Source of the DNA: Candidatus Poseidoniaceae archaeon
GTDB lineage: Archaea > Thermoplasmatota > Poseidoniia > Poseidoniales > Poseidoniaceae
NCBI GenBank assembly: GCA_028353405.1
Contig: JAOMOG010000004.1
Location: forward strand, 8,722-72,721
Length of the DNA stretch: 64,000 bases
Reading direction: 5' to 3'
Position numbers and translations under genes: made by a program. The notes beneath the pieces were generated by a model. The model searched no databases and was not told the origin of the DNA. It saw only the letters and a program-made list of their open reading frames with translations. Below are positions 37,501 to 48,413 of this stretch, piece by piece (position 1 is the stretch's first letter; every line of letters begins with the position of its first letter).

Positions 37501-38934
37501 TCAAGCATTGAGAAGTTTGCTAATATCTAGTATCGGTGAAACTCTTTGACCAATTATTTGCATCATTTGAGCAAGTGCTTTCTCGGTCTTTGCTTCAACC
37601 CTCATCACTAAGATCGCTTCAGTGTTTGATTTACGAGCCAAATACCAACCAGCATATTCACCGTCATAATCAAAGCGAACTCTTACTCCATCAACAGTAG
37701 AGCATTGGTAATCGCTAAAGGCTTGAGTAATCGCAGCAACAAATGGTAATTTATTTTCTTCCGAACATGGAACTTTTACCTCACCTGAGGTTGGTAAACT
37801 TGGAGCAAGACGTTCCAATTCACTGGAGAAAGAAGGCCCTCCATCCTCGGGACTATCTCGGCGTGACCAACATTCAATTATCCGTGCAGCATTGTATAGT
37901 GAACAATCAAAACCATACCAACCGCGGTCGGCTAGGAAGATGTGTCCAGACATTTCAGCAGCCATTCTGCATTGCGGTTTTGCTGCTAAAACTCGCTTCA
38001 TGAAAGAGTGCCCAGTCTTTGCCATATGTGGCACTCCGCCAGCATTGATGATTGCAGTTTCAACATTCATTGAACATTTAACATCATAGATTATGGTTTT
38101 TGATTCATCACTTGTTCCTGCATCAGAAGCAAGAATATCTTCAGCCATTAATGCGATTAATCGATCAGGATAAACGAATTGCCCGTCTTCATCAACAGCA
38201 CCAATTCTATCACCGTCACCATCAACACCTAAGCCAAACTCAAGTTGATTTTCAACAACAGCATTACCAAGATCAATCATATTTTTTGGACGTGTTGGGT
38301 CTGCACCATGGTTAGGTTCAGTAGCATCCCAATCACAGAATAGGTCAGTATGTTCAGCCCCTATCATATCGAGTAATTTGGTCATCGCAGGGCCAGGGAC
38401 TGCATTACCACAGTCAACAGCAACCCTAACAGGTCTTGCTAATGGTCCAACTGATTCTACAATCGCTTGCAGATATGTATCTATGTGCGGGTGGTCAACA
38501 ATACTTCCTTGACCCGAATCAAATTCTCCAGATAAGAATACTTCTTTCAATTGTTGAATTTCTTCCCCTGCTAGAGGAAGTGTACCATTACACATTTTGA
38601 ATCCATTATGTGTTGGCATTGGCAGGTGTGATGCAGTCACCATTACTCCGCCATCAACAGGAAGAGTCCAACATGCATGATAGACACAGCCTGTGCTAAC
38701 TATTCCTAAATCATAAACAGTAACTCCGGCGGAAACAAAACCTGCAATCAGATTTTCAGTTAATGCGGGAGATGAATCGCGAATATCTCGCCCTACTGCA
38801 AATGTTTTGCACTTTAGGTAAGTGGCCATTGCTTTACCTAATCGTAAAGCGAATTGAGGGGTAATATCGCCGCTACCATCGCCATTTGCATGACCGCGAA
38901 TATCGTATGCTTTGAAGCAGTGTTGGGGCCACAT
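37501..38934 (-). CDS. Phosphomannomutase/phosphoglucomutase
   Basis: FKAYDIRG, TASH, DGDGDR, AEMSGH, RKSNTE. Confidence 0.95.
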   Translation of the reverse strand: MWPQHCFKAYDIRGHANGDGSGDITPQFALRLGKAMATYLKCKTFAVGRDIRDSSPALTENLIAGFVSAGVTVYDLGIVSTGCVYHACWTLPVDGGVMVTASHLPMPTHNGFKMCNGTLPLAGEEIQQLKEVFLSGEFDSGQGSIVDHPHIDTYLQAIVESVGPLARPVRVAVDCGNAVPGPAMTKLLDMIGAEHTDLFCDWDATEPNHGADPTRPKNMIDLGNAVVENQLEFGLGVDGDGDRIGAVDEDGQFVYPDRLIALMAEDILASDAGTSDESKTIIYDVKCSMNVETAIINAGGVPHMAKTGHSFMKRVLAAKPQCRMAAEMSGHIFLADRGWYGFDCSLYNAARIIECWSRRDSPEDGGPSFSSELERLAPSLPTSGEVKVPCSEENKLPFVAAITQAFSDYQCSTVDGVRVRFDYDGEYAGWYLARKSNTEAILVMRVEAKTEKALAQMMQIIGQRVSPILDISKLLNA

Positions 38935-38975
38935 GGAACTCCCAGCAGGTCCTTGTTTTCAATCCTGTGTGCTAA

Positions 38976-39170
38976 TTATTTTCTAACAAAAGCAATGATG
39001 AAGGCAATTATTATGGTAATAACGGCGAACTCAACAACAACGCCTTGCCATATCGCTACAGCCAGGAATACTGAGAATGTTGGAATAATCATGCGCAATA
39101 ATTTGGGCCAAGTCATCAAACCTTGAGGGGTTTCAATGTAAGGTGATCCCGGCATTAATGTAACCTCCAT
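38976..39170 (-). CDS. Small two-TM membrane protein
   Basis: Hydrophobic ORF in frame with the operon. Confidence 0.55.
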   Translation of the reverse strand: MEVTLMPGSPYIETPQGLMTWPKLLRMIIPTFSVFLAVAIWQGVVVEFAVITIIIAFIIAFVRK

Positions 39171-39176
39171 TAATGA

Positions 39177-39551
39177 TTATGAATTATTATCAATTGCTTG
39201 AATGACGATTTCGATTCTAGCATTAGCCGGTAATCCAGCTGCAGCAAAAGCAGCACGTGCAGGTTTTACCTCAATCGCATCGACCCAAGCGCCGTATACT
39301 TCATTCATTGCAGCAAAATCATCGATATCAGCAAGAAGTATTTGAGCAAAACAGACAGCATCTCTTGTTAGATTTGCAGTGGTTAGTAATGAGTCTATTT
39401 TTGCTAATGAAGCAGCGGTTTGGGCTTGAATATCATCACCTGCTTCAGGTGCTATTTGGCCACTTAGCCATACGACTCCATTTGCTATAATGCCAGCGGA
39501 ATAAGGTCCGTATGTTTTTGCACCAAGGTTATCGATAGAGCGTTTCTCCAT
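39177..39551 (-). CDS. ridA: RidA/YjgF family protein
   Basis: GPYS, LSGQI, DFAAMNEVY, PARA, IEI. Confidence 0.9.
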   Translation of the reverse strand: MEKRSIDNLGAKTYGPYSAGIIANGVVWLSGQIAPEAGDDIQAQTAASLAKIDSLLTTANLTRDAVCFAQILLADIDDFAAMNEVYGAWVDAIEVKPARAAFAAAGLPANARIEIVIQAIDNNS

Positions 39552-39633
39552 GAGTCTGTGCTATAGTCCTCAGCCCATCAATGCATTGATTATGAAACGA
39601 TGATTTGAGGGGGAGGTAGTATCAGCCCCATCC

Positions 39634-40656
39634 ATGCGCACCTGTTGGGTTCTGGATCATCCCGCGCATGTCAGATTATTGGCCCCGTTCATTCGTAGTG
39701 GTCAATCTAATGATATTATCATCGCATGTGACCGAATAGAGGTTAGAAATTTACTTGAGAGTGCGGATGGAATATTACCGCGACGGCAGAAAACGTGGGT
39801 GCAAAGAGCAATCGGTAGCGCCAAGTCGATCAAAGCCTTGAGGAGAATTAATCAAAGCCATAATTTCATGGCCGTTGCTGGTAAAGATGGTAGCGGTACA
39901 ATAGAGAGAATAGTCGTGATTGGGGCATCATTAGAATTGTTAGCACTCAAGAATGTCATCAGATTAGGTAAGATAAAATCCATCAAACATTTAGTTTATA
40001 TTTCTGATACCGAAGTAAATCACATTGCTCATAAATTAGCTCTAAAAGAGTGTACTGAAGTAGTATTGCCAACTCACTGGGATGACACTATTGATGGAGG
40101 TTTTCTCGCAAAGGTATCAAAATCAAGCAATGTTCTTGTCCATCGATTAGATGGATTGCATGGCCATGCTCACCTACGTCCAAGCCAGCGACCAAATCAA
40201 GTTTCAGATCCTCCTAGAGTGATGGTTCGTCGCTTAAGCGGAGATGGTATTCACGATGATGGCGAAGTAATCTACATTCCTGAAAAGGTATGGGATGGAC
40301 TAATTCCAACCTTTGCCGATGAGTCAAAATATACAGGTGATGCATGGCAATTAACCCAACAACTAGCAGCACATGATTGTCTAATTACTAATTCAGTAAC
40401 TCTCGCAAGTGAGGCTTGTCTTCTCGGCACTCCAACCTTGTTAATCTCTAGAGCAAAACGTGGCTTCTTATCCAGACTTGAGCAAGATGGTTATCCATTA
40501 TTCATTTGGAATGAGAATTGTGAAGGAGAAAAGTTTGAACAAAAATTAACTCAATTCCTTTGTGGCATTCACTTAACAGATGCATTGGAGCCAGAACAAT
40601 GGCCAAATACCAAACAACAATTGGCTGAAATTCTAAGACTTGAACTCATTGATTGA
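39634..40656 (+). CDS. DUF354-like GT-B fold protein
   Basis: DHPAHV, DTE, TLASEACLLGTP. Confidence 0.7.
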   Translation: MRTCWVLDHPAHVRLLAPFIRSGQSNDIIIACDRIEVRNLLESADGILPRRQKTWVQRAIGSAKSIKALRRINQSHNFMAVAGKDGSGTIERIVVIGASLELLALKNVIRLGKIKSIKHLVYISDTEVNHIAHKLALKECTEVVLPTHWDDTIDGGFLAKVSKSSNVLVHRLDGLHGHAHLRPSQRPNQVSDPPRVMVRRLSGDGIHDDGEVIYIPEKVWDGLIPTFADESKYTGDAWQLTQQLAAHDCLITNSVTLASEACLLGTPTLLISRAKRGFLSRLEQDGYPLFIWNENCEGEKFEQKLTQFLCGIHLTDALEPEQWPNTKQQLAEILRLELID

Positions 40657-41092
40657 GCCAATTAGTGATTATTTCCAAGTGGTCTCCAGCCATTTGTAAA
40701 TCTCCAGCGAGAATAGATTCAATTGGCCAAAACTTTGCATCTGCAGCATCATCACCTGCGCTTGGTTGTTGATCAGAACTAACTTCAATTTCATAGACAA
40801 TGCTGACAATATGCTTACGCGGGTCTCTATCGGGGTTTCCCATTACAGAAATTAACTTTGGATTTTCACCATGCATACTTGTCTCTTCAAGTAATTCACG
40901 AACTGCTGCATCAATTGGTGCTTCTCCTCTGTCAACAAAGCCACCCGGAAGCGCCCAAGCACCCTTCATCGGAGGAAATTTTCTCTGAATCAATAGGATA
41001 GAATCATCCCTTCGTACCGCAGCATCGGCGGCTAGGGCTGGGTTGAGCCAACCATTGCACTCATCACATGACGTCATAGGATCATACTCCAT
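40646..41092 (-). CDS. NUDIX hydrolase (ADP-ribose pyrophosphatase-like)
   Basis: LPGGFVDRGE...AVRELLEET, RDPR, AGDDA. Confidence 0.92.
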   Translation of the reverse strand: MEYDPMTSCDECNGWLNPALAADAAVRRDDSILLIQRKFPPMKGAWALPGGFVDRGEAPIDAAVRELLEETSMHGENPKLISVMGNPDRDPRKHIVSIVYEIEVSSDQQPSAGDDAADAKFWPIESILAGDLQMAGDHLEIITNWLNQ

Positions 41093-41861
41093 ATCTTCGT
41101 CGACGTTCTTGGAATGTGCGAATTGCTTTCAACAAATCCTTCTTTTGGAAACTAGGCCAGAAAACATCTGTAAAATATAATTCTGAATATGCCATTTGCC
41201 ATAATAAGAAATTAGAAATTCGCTCCTCTCCACTGGTACGTATGACCAAATCAGGATCTGGCATATCCGCAGTGTAGAGTCTTTCAGAAACGGCCTTCTC
41301 ATCAATATCTTCTAGGCTGATTTTCCCCTCTGCATGGTCGGAAGCAATCGACTGAATCGCTCTAATCATCTCTTCTCGACTACCATATGCAAGGCAGATA
41401 GTAAAAACGAATTTCCCATAATTCTTAGTTTTATTTTCTGCATAATCTATTGCTTCGTTGACAGATTCTGGTAATAATTCTCTTCGGCCAATGATTTGCA
41501 CCTTGACTTCATTTTCATGAATTCTAGGATCATCAGCAATATCTCTCAACCCTTCAACATACAATTTGAATAATGTCTCAAGTTCTTGTTTAGGTCTGGT
41601 GAGGTTTTCAGTTGATAGTGCATAAACGGTGAGCCATGGTATTTCTAAATCTAATACCCAATCCAAAACGCGCTCTAATTTCTCTTTACCAATTTTATGG
41701 CCGATACTAGTGGCAAGGTTAGATTTCCAAGCAAAACGGCGGTTACCATCCATGATAATCGCTAGGTGTTGAACCGAAATAGGACTTGCGAGAACTTCTC
41801 GCAAGAGTTTTGCCTCGACCGCTTGGCCTAGTGCATCACCGACTCGCTCCGATATACCCAC
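41082..41861 (-). CDS. uppS: cis-prenyltransferase (polyprenyl diphosphate synthase)
   Basis: IMDGNRR, STEN, YGSREE, IRTSGEERISNFLLWQ. Confidence 0.95.
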   Translation of the reverse strand: MGISERVGDALGQAVEAKLLREVLASPISVQHLAIIMDGNRRFAWKSNLATSIGHKIGKEKLERVLDWVLDLEIPWLTVYALSTENLTRPKQELETLFKLYVEGLRDIADDPRIHENEVKVQIIGRRELLPESVNEAIDYAENKTKNYGKFVFTICLAYGSREEMIRAIQSIASDHAEGKISLEDIDEKAVSERLYTADMPDPDLVIRTSGEERISNFLLWQMAYSELYFTDVFWPSFQKKDLLKAIRTFQERRRRYGV

Positions 41862-42024
41862 TAGACTTCCCCCTGCCTTGTCGTAGAGGTGAAAGGGTAT
41901 GAGTTCACCGCTTCGCCATTGACAATTCACCAGCCACAATCTAGAGCCAAAAATCCACCAATGCGTATGTTGTTAATTCTAATTAAGTTGAAAACTTTGT
42001 ATTAGGGTAACTCCAGCATATGAT

Positions 42025-43212
42025 ATGGGAGAGCCTGCCTGGTGGCCAAGTGGAATCTCCAAGACTTCGTTTGAGGAAGCACAATCAACTCTAATTTGCC
42101 GAACATCATTTGGAAAAACCACAATGTGGAGCCCGGATATGGCAATGGAATTACAATGGTGGCAACAAACTCCAGAGAGTGGAACAATTTGGGGCGAGTG
42201 GCCTGAAGCTGTAATCTCGCTCGACAAAATAACAGAGGACCAAGGCGGTATTGTTGTCAAATTATCTGGTCAAGATAAGCAGTGGATCGCTAGATTGTGT
42301 CCAATTGATGTTGGCCAAGATGCTTCTAGAATCGCCAGACATAAGGATTGGAATTTAGCATTACAAGGGTGTGATATCTTGTTACCAGTTGCCGGTTGGT
42401 CTACTGATAGTGGTGATAGGGTCATCATTTACCCCGAATACGAGGAAGTACCAACAAATGATATCTTAGATGAATTAGAATCAATCGTTTCTATAATGGC
42501 AAATGCACAATCAAACTTGCAACAATTCGCAACACCAAACAGTGAAAGATTGTGGAACGATTCTTTGAAAGAAATAGAAGCCTCTCTCAAAACCAATACC
42601 TTATGGCGTGGGCCACATACAATCAAAACCGTAGGTTTGCCAACATTAAATCTCAATTTTGCAAGTATTGTCAAGGTCGATGGGAAATTAATGTTAATCG
42701 CTCAACCAAGAAGATTGGTTGAACACCTTTTGGTTGGAGAACAACGGATTCCAGCAATAGCAAATTTGATGTCGATGGAAAGAGAATTTGCAGATCATTG
42801 CAAAGTTGATGAAGTAGTAAGAAAGCAATTGCTTGAAACATGGATTAACTTAGTGCCAATAGAATGGACAGGAAAGAAAGAGATGTCAACAGTTCTCGGA
42901 GGTCCATGGTTGTGGCGTTATCGCGCGGTACTGCTCAATTTAGCAGATGCAAAGGCATTTGCAAACTCTCAATTAGAGAAAAGTTGTAATTCATGGCTTA
43001 GAGATGTTTCTCGTCTGCAAGCACATCTTGGAACATTAAGAATGTTGAAAGCGGGTGAATGGGTTGGATATACGGCTATTGCAATTGGTTTTTATGCATG
43101 GAAAATGCAAACTATGACTGGGCAAAATGGATTATTTTTATTAGTCGGTGGAGCTGTTTTTGCTATAGCAATGAATCGGATATATTGGTCAAAAGACCCT
43201 TCACCGTATTGA
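42025..43212 (+). CDS. Hypothetical protein with two C-terminal TMs
   Basis: 395-aa ORF, no confident motif. Confidence 0.7.
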   Translation: MGEPAWWPSGISKTSFEEAQSTLICRTSFGKTTMWSPDMAMELQWWQQTPESGTIWGEWPEAVISLDKITEDQGGIVVKLSGQDKQWIARLCPIDVGQDASRIARHKDWNLALQGCDILLPVAGWSTDSGDRVIIYPEYEEVPTNDILDELESIVSIMANAQSNLQQFATPNSERLWNDSLKEIEASLKTNTLWRGPHTIKTVGLPTLNLNFASIVKVDGKLMLIAQPRRLVEHLLVGEQRIPAIANLMSMEREFADHCKVDEVVRKQLLETWINLVPIEWTGKKEMSTVLGGPWLWRYRAVLLNLADAKAFANSQLEKSCNSWLRDVSRLQAHLGTLRMLKAGEWVGYTAIAIGFYAWKMQTMTGQNGLFLLVGGAVFAIAMNRIYWSKDPSPY

Positions 43213-43216
43213 GAGA

Positions 43217-44338
43217 TCAACGTTGTTGTCTAACTCTGCCATCATAGAATTGCAAAGAGTTCTTCTTGGCCAAACTCATAATTTCTAAGATTAACTTTTC
43301 ACGCTCTTGTCGCTCTTGTACAGAACCTGAGACAGCCCAATACAGATTTACTGCTAGGTCTATCGATGTAGGTGAAATCATATTTACTCGGCACCAAGAA
43401 GAATCCTCTTTGGTAGTAAATTCATTGTCGGAAATAAACTTCATAACATCATCACAGAAATTGTCAACAGCGGCAGGGTCGGAGTTGATGTCCATGTGTA
43501 ACTGTGTTTGCCAGCGTCTCCAACGGCGTAGTCCGTAATTCTCTACAGGTGAATTAACCAAATTTGCATTTGGCATTGTGATGACTGTATCAAGGGAAGT
43601 TCGAATCAATGTAGTCCTCAAATTGATTTGGATAACCTCTCCTTCACTCGAGCCTACAACTATCCAATCACCGACTCTGAACGGCTTGTCTAACAGCACA
43701 GTAGTAGCGCCGAAGAAATTGGAGATAGTATCCTTGGCTGCAAGCGCCAAAGCAATTCCGGAAATTCCTAGTCCTGCAATTAATGAGGTTAGATTAAATC
43801 CAAAGGAATCGGCGATAAATACACCACCGACGAAAATAATGACGAACCGCAAAACACTTTGAATAGCGGAGATTAATGTTTTCTCAGTTCCATCTAATTC
43901 TTCATCATCATCCAAAAGTTCTACAATATCTTGTACAATTTCGATTAAACGGAAGGCCCACATTATCAAGCAGACTGAGATGATTAATTGCAATGCACCA
44001 GGCACTAAATTGATTATTATTTGAGGCATCATTATCGATGATGTTGCGACGCTCATAGCATCGATCATCTCGGCGAATATAAAGAAGGAAACTCCTGCAC
44101 CAGCAGCATTACCAAGAGCCTTATCTGAGTCCTTTACCGCTTTGTTTTCAATGCTGTCAGAGGTAATGATTTTCTTCAGTAATTTAGGTGCTAACCACAT
44201 AGTCAAAAATCGTGTTGATAAAGCGATGACGACCACGGCGAGTAAGATGGCTAAAGTCAAGTTGTTAAAGCCGAGAATTTCATCCATCCAAAAATCGGAT
44301 TCAGTAGCACTTTCGAAGTCTAGCATGCTATACCCCAT
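43217..44338 (-). CDS. mscS: Small-conductance mechanosensitive channel
   Basis: GLGISGIALALAAKDTISNFFG, PFRVGDWI, PN. Confidence 0.92.
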   Translation of the reverse strand: MGYSMLDFESATESDFWMDEILGFNNLTLAILLAVVVIALSTRFLTMWLAPKLLKKIITSDSIENKAVKDSDKALGNAAGAGVSFFIFAEMIDAMSVATSSIMMPQIIINLVPGALQLIISVCLIMWAFRLIEIVQDIVELLDDDEELDGTEKTLISAIQSVLRFVIIFVGGVFIADSFGFNLTSLIAGLGISGIALALAAKDTISNFFGATTVLLDKPFRVGDWIVVGSSEGEVIQINLRTTLIRTSLDTVITMPNANLVNSPVENYGLRRWRRWQTQLHMDINSDPAAVDNFCDDVMKFISDNEFTTKEDSSWCRVNMISPTSIDLAVNLYWAVSGSVQERQEREKLILEIMSLAKKNSLQFYDGRVRQQR

Positions 44339-44530
44339 GTGACCCTCCGTTTAAGTGATGTCGGACAATATTTTTTCAGTGAATTAATTTTTTTACAGTT
44401 ATATTGGCATTTTAAAATTACCAATCCTTGAAAATAATGATTTAAAATGCCCCCTTTAGGGGGCAGGTTGTGGTGAACGACATATGCACGACGCCTTCAA
44501 GAGGGGTAGCGGAGTCGCGAAGGCGTTAGC

Positions 44531-46720
44531 ATGTCATCAAAAACGGTAGCAATCAGCACTCGTCCTTCATTTGGATTCATTATAGCATTACCTTTGTTGC
44601 TTTCATTATTAGCTCCAATGGCTAACGCTTCAGTGGCTCAAGAAGAACAATCGGGCATGGCGCCTGAAGACGTCTGGTCCTACGAATATGCCAATATGAT
44701 ATTCCCTTGGGCTGACGAAGGTGAACGTATTTTACAATTCAAAGAATATCATACATATGAGACAATGAAAGAGCGAATGTTACGATTGACCCAAGATAAT
44801 TCGGATATATTTGAATTCCATGAAGGGCTCAAGGGCGGCGTAAATGCAAGAGGAGAAGTTGTTGGTGTTGATTCGTATGAAGGATGGTACTACGACCATG
44901 CCTCACCTTGGTTGAAGATTACAGGCGATGTCCAAGGCGGAGATTACAATCCCTTTGTCGGAGATAATGGAAATTACGCAGATCGCCCAGACGTACTAGT
45001 AGTTGGAAACCATCATGCTAGAGAATGGATGTCTTATCAAACTCCAATTCTAGTCATGGAAGTTATTGCATTTTCATATGATAATATTGGCTATGATAAC
45101 GATGGCGATGGTCAAGTTGACGAAGACCCATGGGGAGATGCAGATGGCGATGGCATTTTGGATGACGATGGAGATTGCCTTGCTTTGGATGCAAGCTACC
45201 AAGATTCCAATGGTGATGGAACGCCTTGTGGCGCTGGTGACCTAGGTGTTGACGAAGATTATTCAGAACAATGGATTACCGATTTGGTCAATGGGCGAGA
45301 ACTTTATCTTATCCCAATGCTCAACGTTGATGGGAATATCTACGATAGAGAAGTGTTCTGCCCTGCTCCTGCTTGGGAATCATGCCCATCCGGAGGTTGG
45401 AGAAAGAACTTGCGAGATAACACATATACAGGTGTAACTCCATTGCCAGATTTATTTGAACAGGTAGATGAAGACTGTGATGGTGTTGATCTAAACCGTA
45501 ATTATCAATTTGAATGGGGCGCACCTTTGGGTGCAACTGGACCTCTAATCCCAGGAACATGTACTCCGGCGGAAGGAGAACTCGATGGTTCGAATAACGA
45601 TGTCTATAATGGGCCTGTTGATGATAAAGACAATGACGGGGATGGCCAAATTAACGAAGACCACGTCGATGGTAAAGACGATGATGCAGATGGCCTTACC
45701 GATGAAGACTGGTGGGGCGGCAACTCTGAACCAGAGACAAAGTTCATTCAAGACCTAACAGAAATGAATGATGATAATGCAGACTTTTCATCCGAGTTCA
45801 AGTCAACATTAACCTACCACTCCTATTCGGAATTGGTTCTATATCCATGGGGACATTGTACTGGTTGTGAATCTCCAGACCACCAACAATTAATCTTCCA
45901 TGGTGATGAAATGGCTGAGATGACTCAGTATACAAATATGCAATCATCAGACCTTTATCCAACATCTGGAGACTTCTGCGATTGGCATTATGGAGTTCAT
46001 GGATCTTACTGTTATACTATGGAAATCGGAACAGCGTTCCACCAGCACGAAGACGATATCGATCATATTGCTGTACGCAACCTCGGTGTTGCATTCTACA
46101 TGACAGAGATTGCAGATAACCCAAGAGAACGTGCTGACTTAGCAATGTCTGACATTACAAACCAATCCTTACAATCTCCTAACGAAGTAAATATTCCTGC
46201 TAAAGGAAATATTCCAATCGATATGTGTATTGACAAGAGCTTCCCATATTCCCTTGAATCATCGGTCTCCCACCTAATGTGGAGAACGGTAAAACCGAGC
46301 CGTTTGCAAAGCGATTATGGCCCACGTGAATGGTCTACGACCGAGTGGACAGGTGCAGCGTTAGAGTTGATTGAAGATGAGAACTGTCTTATTGCTGGCT
46401 CAAAGAACGGAACAATTCTAAGAGCAACATTAGATATTTCAGAAACTACGACTGGACAATTACATTACAAAATCATGCTCGGAACACTCTCTGGTGGAGA
46501 TTTATACGAATACCCTGACAAAGGAACTTACTACACACTTGACCTCTCATACCGAGAAGCATATGGTAGTGTATTTGGTTCACTATTCTTGTTTATGGTA
46601 GTCGCTAGTTTCGTTTGGGGAGGATTAGCCGTCTGCCTCAGAATGATGCTATCAGATGATGAAGAATTGATTAATCTGGCTGATGCAGTTCTTGAAGAAG
46701 AAATGAAGACGGAGGGATGA
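44531..46720 (+). CDS. Secreted, membrane-anchored M14 zinc carboxypeptidase with DxDxDG repeats
   Basis: HHAREW, WRKN, GVDLNRN, SEPET, HSY, TMEI; signal peptide and C-terminal TM. Confidence 0.93.
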   Translation: MSSKTVAISTRPSFGFIIALPLLLSLLAPMANASVAQEEQSGMAPEDVWSYEYANMIFPWADEGERILQFKEYHTYETMKERMLRLTQDNSDIFEFHEGLKGGVNARGEVVGVDSYEGWYYDHASPWLKITGDVQGGDYNPFVGDNGNYADRPDVLVVGNHHAREWMSYQTPILVMEVIAFSYDNIGYDNDGDGQVDEDPWGDADGDGILDDDGDCLALDASYQDSNGDGTPCGAGDLGVDEDYSEQWITDLVNGRELYLIPMLNVDGNIYDREVFCPAPAWESCPSGGWRKNLRDNTYTGVTPLPDLFEQVDEDCDGVDLNRNYQFEWGAPLGATGPLIPGTCTPAEGELDGSNNDVYNGPVDDKDNDGDGQINEDHVDGKDDDADGLTDEDWWGGNSEPETKFIQDLTEMNDDNADFSSEFKSTLTYHSYSELVLYPWGHCTGCESPDHQQLIFHGDEMAEMTQYTNMQSSDLYPTSGDFCDWHYGVHGSYCYTMEIGTAFHQHEDDIDHIAVRNLGVAFYMTEIADNPRERADLAMSDITNQSLQSPNEVNIPAKGNIPIDMCIDKSFPYSLESSVSHLMWRTVKPSRLQSDYGPREWSTTEWTGAALELIEDENCLIAGSKNGTILRATLDISETTTGQLHYKIMLGTLSGGDLYEYPDKGTYYTLDLSYREAYGSVFGSLFLFMVVASFVWGGLAVCLRMMLSDDEELINLADAVLEEEMKTEG

Positions 46721-48396
46721 TCATGTCTGAAGGAGGTAAATCAGACCAATTTAGTGGCCGTATGGGTCTAATCTTTGCTAGTATTGGTGCAGCGATTGGA
46801 ACCGGTAATATCTGGCGTTTCCCGCGAATGGTTGGTGCAAATGGTGGTGGAACTTTCCTCATACCTTGGTTAATATTTTTATTCATGTGGTCAATTCCCT
46901 TGGTAATCGCCGAATATGCAATGGGCAAGCGCAGTCGGACTGGTACTATCGGAACCTTCCGTATATTCGCCGGTAAGAAATTTGCCTGGATGGGTCTTTG
47001 GACAGCATGGATTTCGAGCGCAATTGGATTTTATTATGCAGTTGTTTCGGGATGGACTATCAAATATTTCCAACTTGGAGTTACCGGCGCCCTCAATGGA
47101 GAAGGTGTTGATACAACCGAAGTTTGGAACGCATTCCTACAATCATCTGGTCAAGTAATATTTTTCCAATTCCTTGTAATTGTTTTAACATTAGCAGCAA
47201 TTCTCAAAGGTGCTAAAGCGATTGAAAAAGTCAATATCTATCTGATGGTTTCCTTGTTTGCACTATTGTTCCTAACTCTATTCCTATCTCTTTGGATGGA
47301 TCTTTCTGATGGAAGCCTAGATGGTGCTATGTTCATGTTTACCGTTGATTGGAATATGTTATCTGAGCCCGAGGTTTGGATAAATGGTTTATCTCAATCA
47401 GCATGGTCTTGTTCAGCTGGAATGGGTATGTGTATTACATATGCAGTCTACATGAGTAAAGACGAAGATACTGTACTCAATGCTTTCACAATGGGACTTG
47501 CAAATAACAGCATTTCAATTATCGCAGGATTAGCAGTATTATCTGCAATATTTGCAGTTAGCGATGACCCACTTGCAACCGTTACTGGAGGTTCATCAGC
47601 GATAACCTTCCTAGCATTACCAGAAGTTTTTGCTCAAGCACCAGGTGGAAATATAGGGCCGTTATTCATGATGGCAGGTTTCTTCCTAGCGCTTTCTTTC
47701 GCAGCAATGACTTCAATGATATCTACAGTCGAATTATGTGTGAGAAATTTCGTTGACCATGGATATGACAGAAAAACGTCGGTATTCATTACAGGCATTG
47801 CAATCTTTATCTTTGGAACTCCATCTGCAGTTATGTGGATTGAATTAGATTCTGCGGGAGTCGCATTCCCTGAATTCTTAGAAGTTCAAGATCACATTTG
47901 GGGATATGGTTTGATGTTCTCTGGATTATTTATCGCTTTCACCATTTGGCAATATGGTTACAAAAAGTGGCAAGCTGATGTAGAGTCTGGTTTAGCAGAT
48001 TCTGGTTTCAGAGGCTATCTAACAACCGGTGTACCAGCCTTTAGAAATGATTTCATCAATACTGGAGATAACGATTTGTATGTTAACAGAGTTTGGGATA
48101 TTCTAATGTATATTGCATTCCCACTATTATTCATCGTACTAATGGGTTCTTATTTCGCAGACATGATCGCAAGTACAGATGATGTTTGGAATCCATCTAA
48201 TCCACATGGTCTCGGAATCATTTTGATGTTCTGGGGTGTAGTTGGTGGTTTATTCATTGGTTTCAATAAATTATTAGTTAGCAGACCATTGTATAGAAAT
48301 GTTCCAGAAGGTGCAGTATGTGATATCTCAATGCTACCTGGTGGCGATGATCCAAGGGTAGTATTGGTTGGAGAAACAGTTCCGACCCTGGATTAG
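46717..48396 (+). CDS. Sodium-dependent amino-acid transporter (NSS/SNF family)
   Basis: GAAIGTGNIWRFP, GGGTFLIP. Confidence 0.93.
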   Translation: MIMSEGGKSDQFSGRMGLIFASIGAAIGTGNIWRFPRMVGANGGGTFLIPWLIFLFMWSIPLVIAEYAMGKRSRTGTIGTFRIFAGKKFAWMGLWTAWISSAIGFYYAVVSGWTIKYFQLGVTGALNGEGVDTTEVWNAFLQSSGQVIFFQFLVIVLTLAAILKGAKAIEKVNIYLMVSLFALLFLTLFLSLWMDLSDGSLDGAMFMFTVDWNMLSEPEVWINGLSQSAWSCSAGMGMCITYAVYMSKDEDTVLNAFTMGLANNSISIIAGLAVLSAIFAVSDDPLATVTGGSSAITFLALPEVFAQAPGGNIGPLFMMAGFFLALSFAAMTSMISTVELCVRNFVDHGYDRKTSVFITGIAIFIFGTPSAVMWIELDSAGVAFPEFLEVQDHIWGYGLMFSGLFIAFTIWQYGYKKWQADVESGLADSGFRGYLTTGVPAFRNDFINTGDNDLYVNRVWDILMYIAFPLLFIVLMGSYFADMIASTDDVWNPSNPHGLGIILMFWGVVGGLFIGFNKLLVSRPLYRNVPEGAVCDISMLPGGDDPRVVLVGETVPTLD

Positions 48397-48413
48397 TTGG
48401 TATGGGGGGCTAG

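Noticed and set aside
45090..45720. gatggcgat-type repeats as a possible array
   Set aside because: They encode DxDxDG motifs within the carboxypeptidase; no repeat-spacer periodicity
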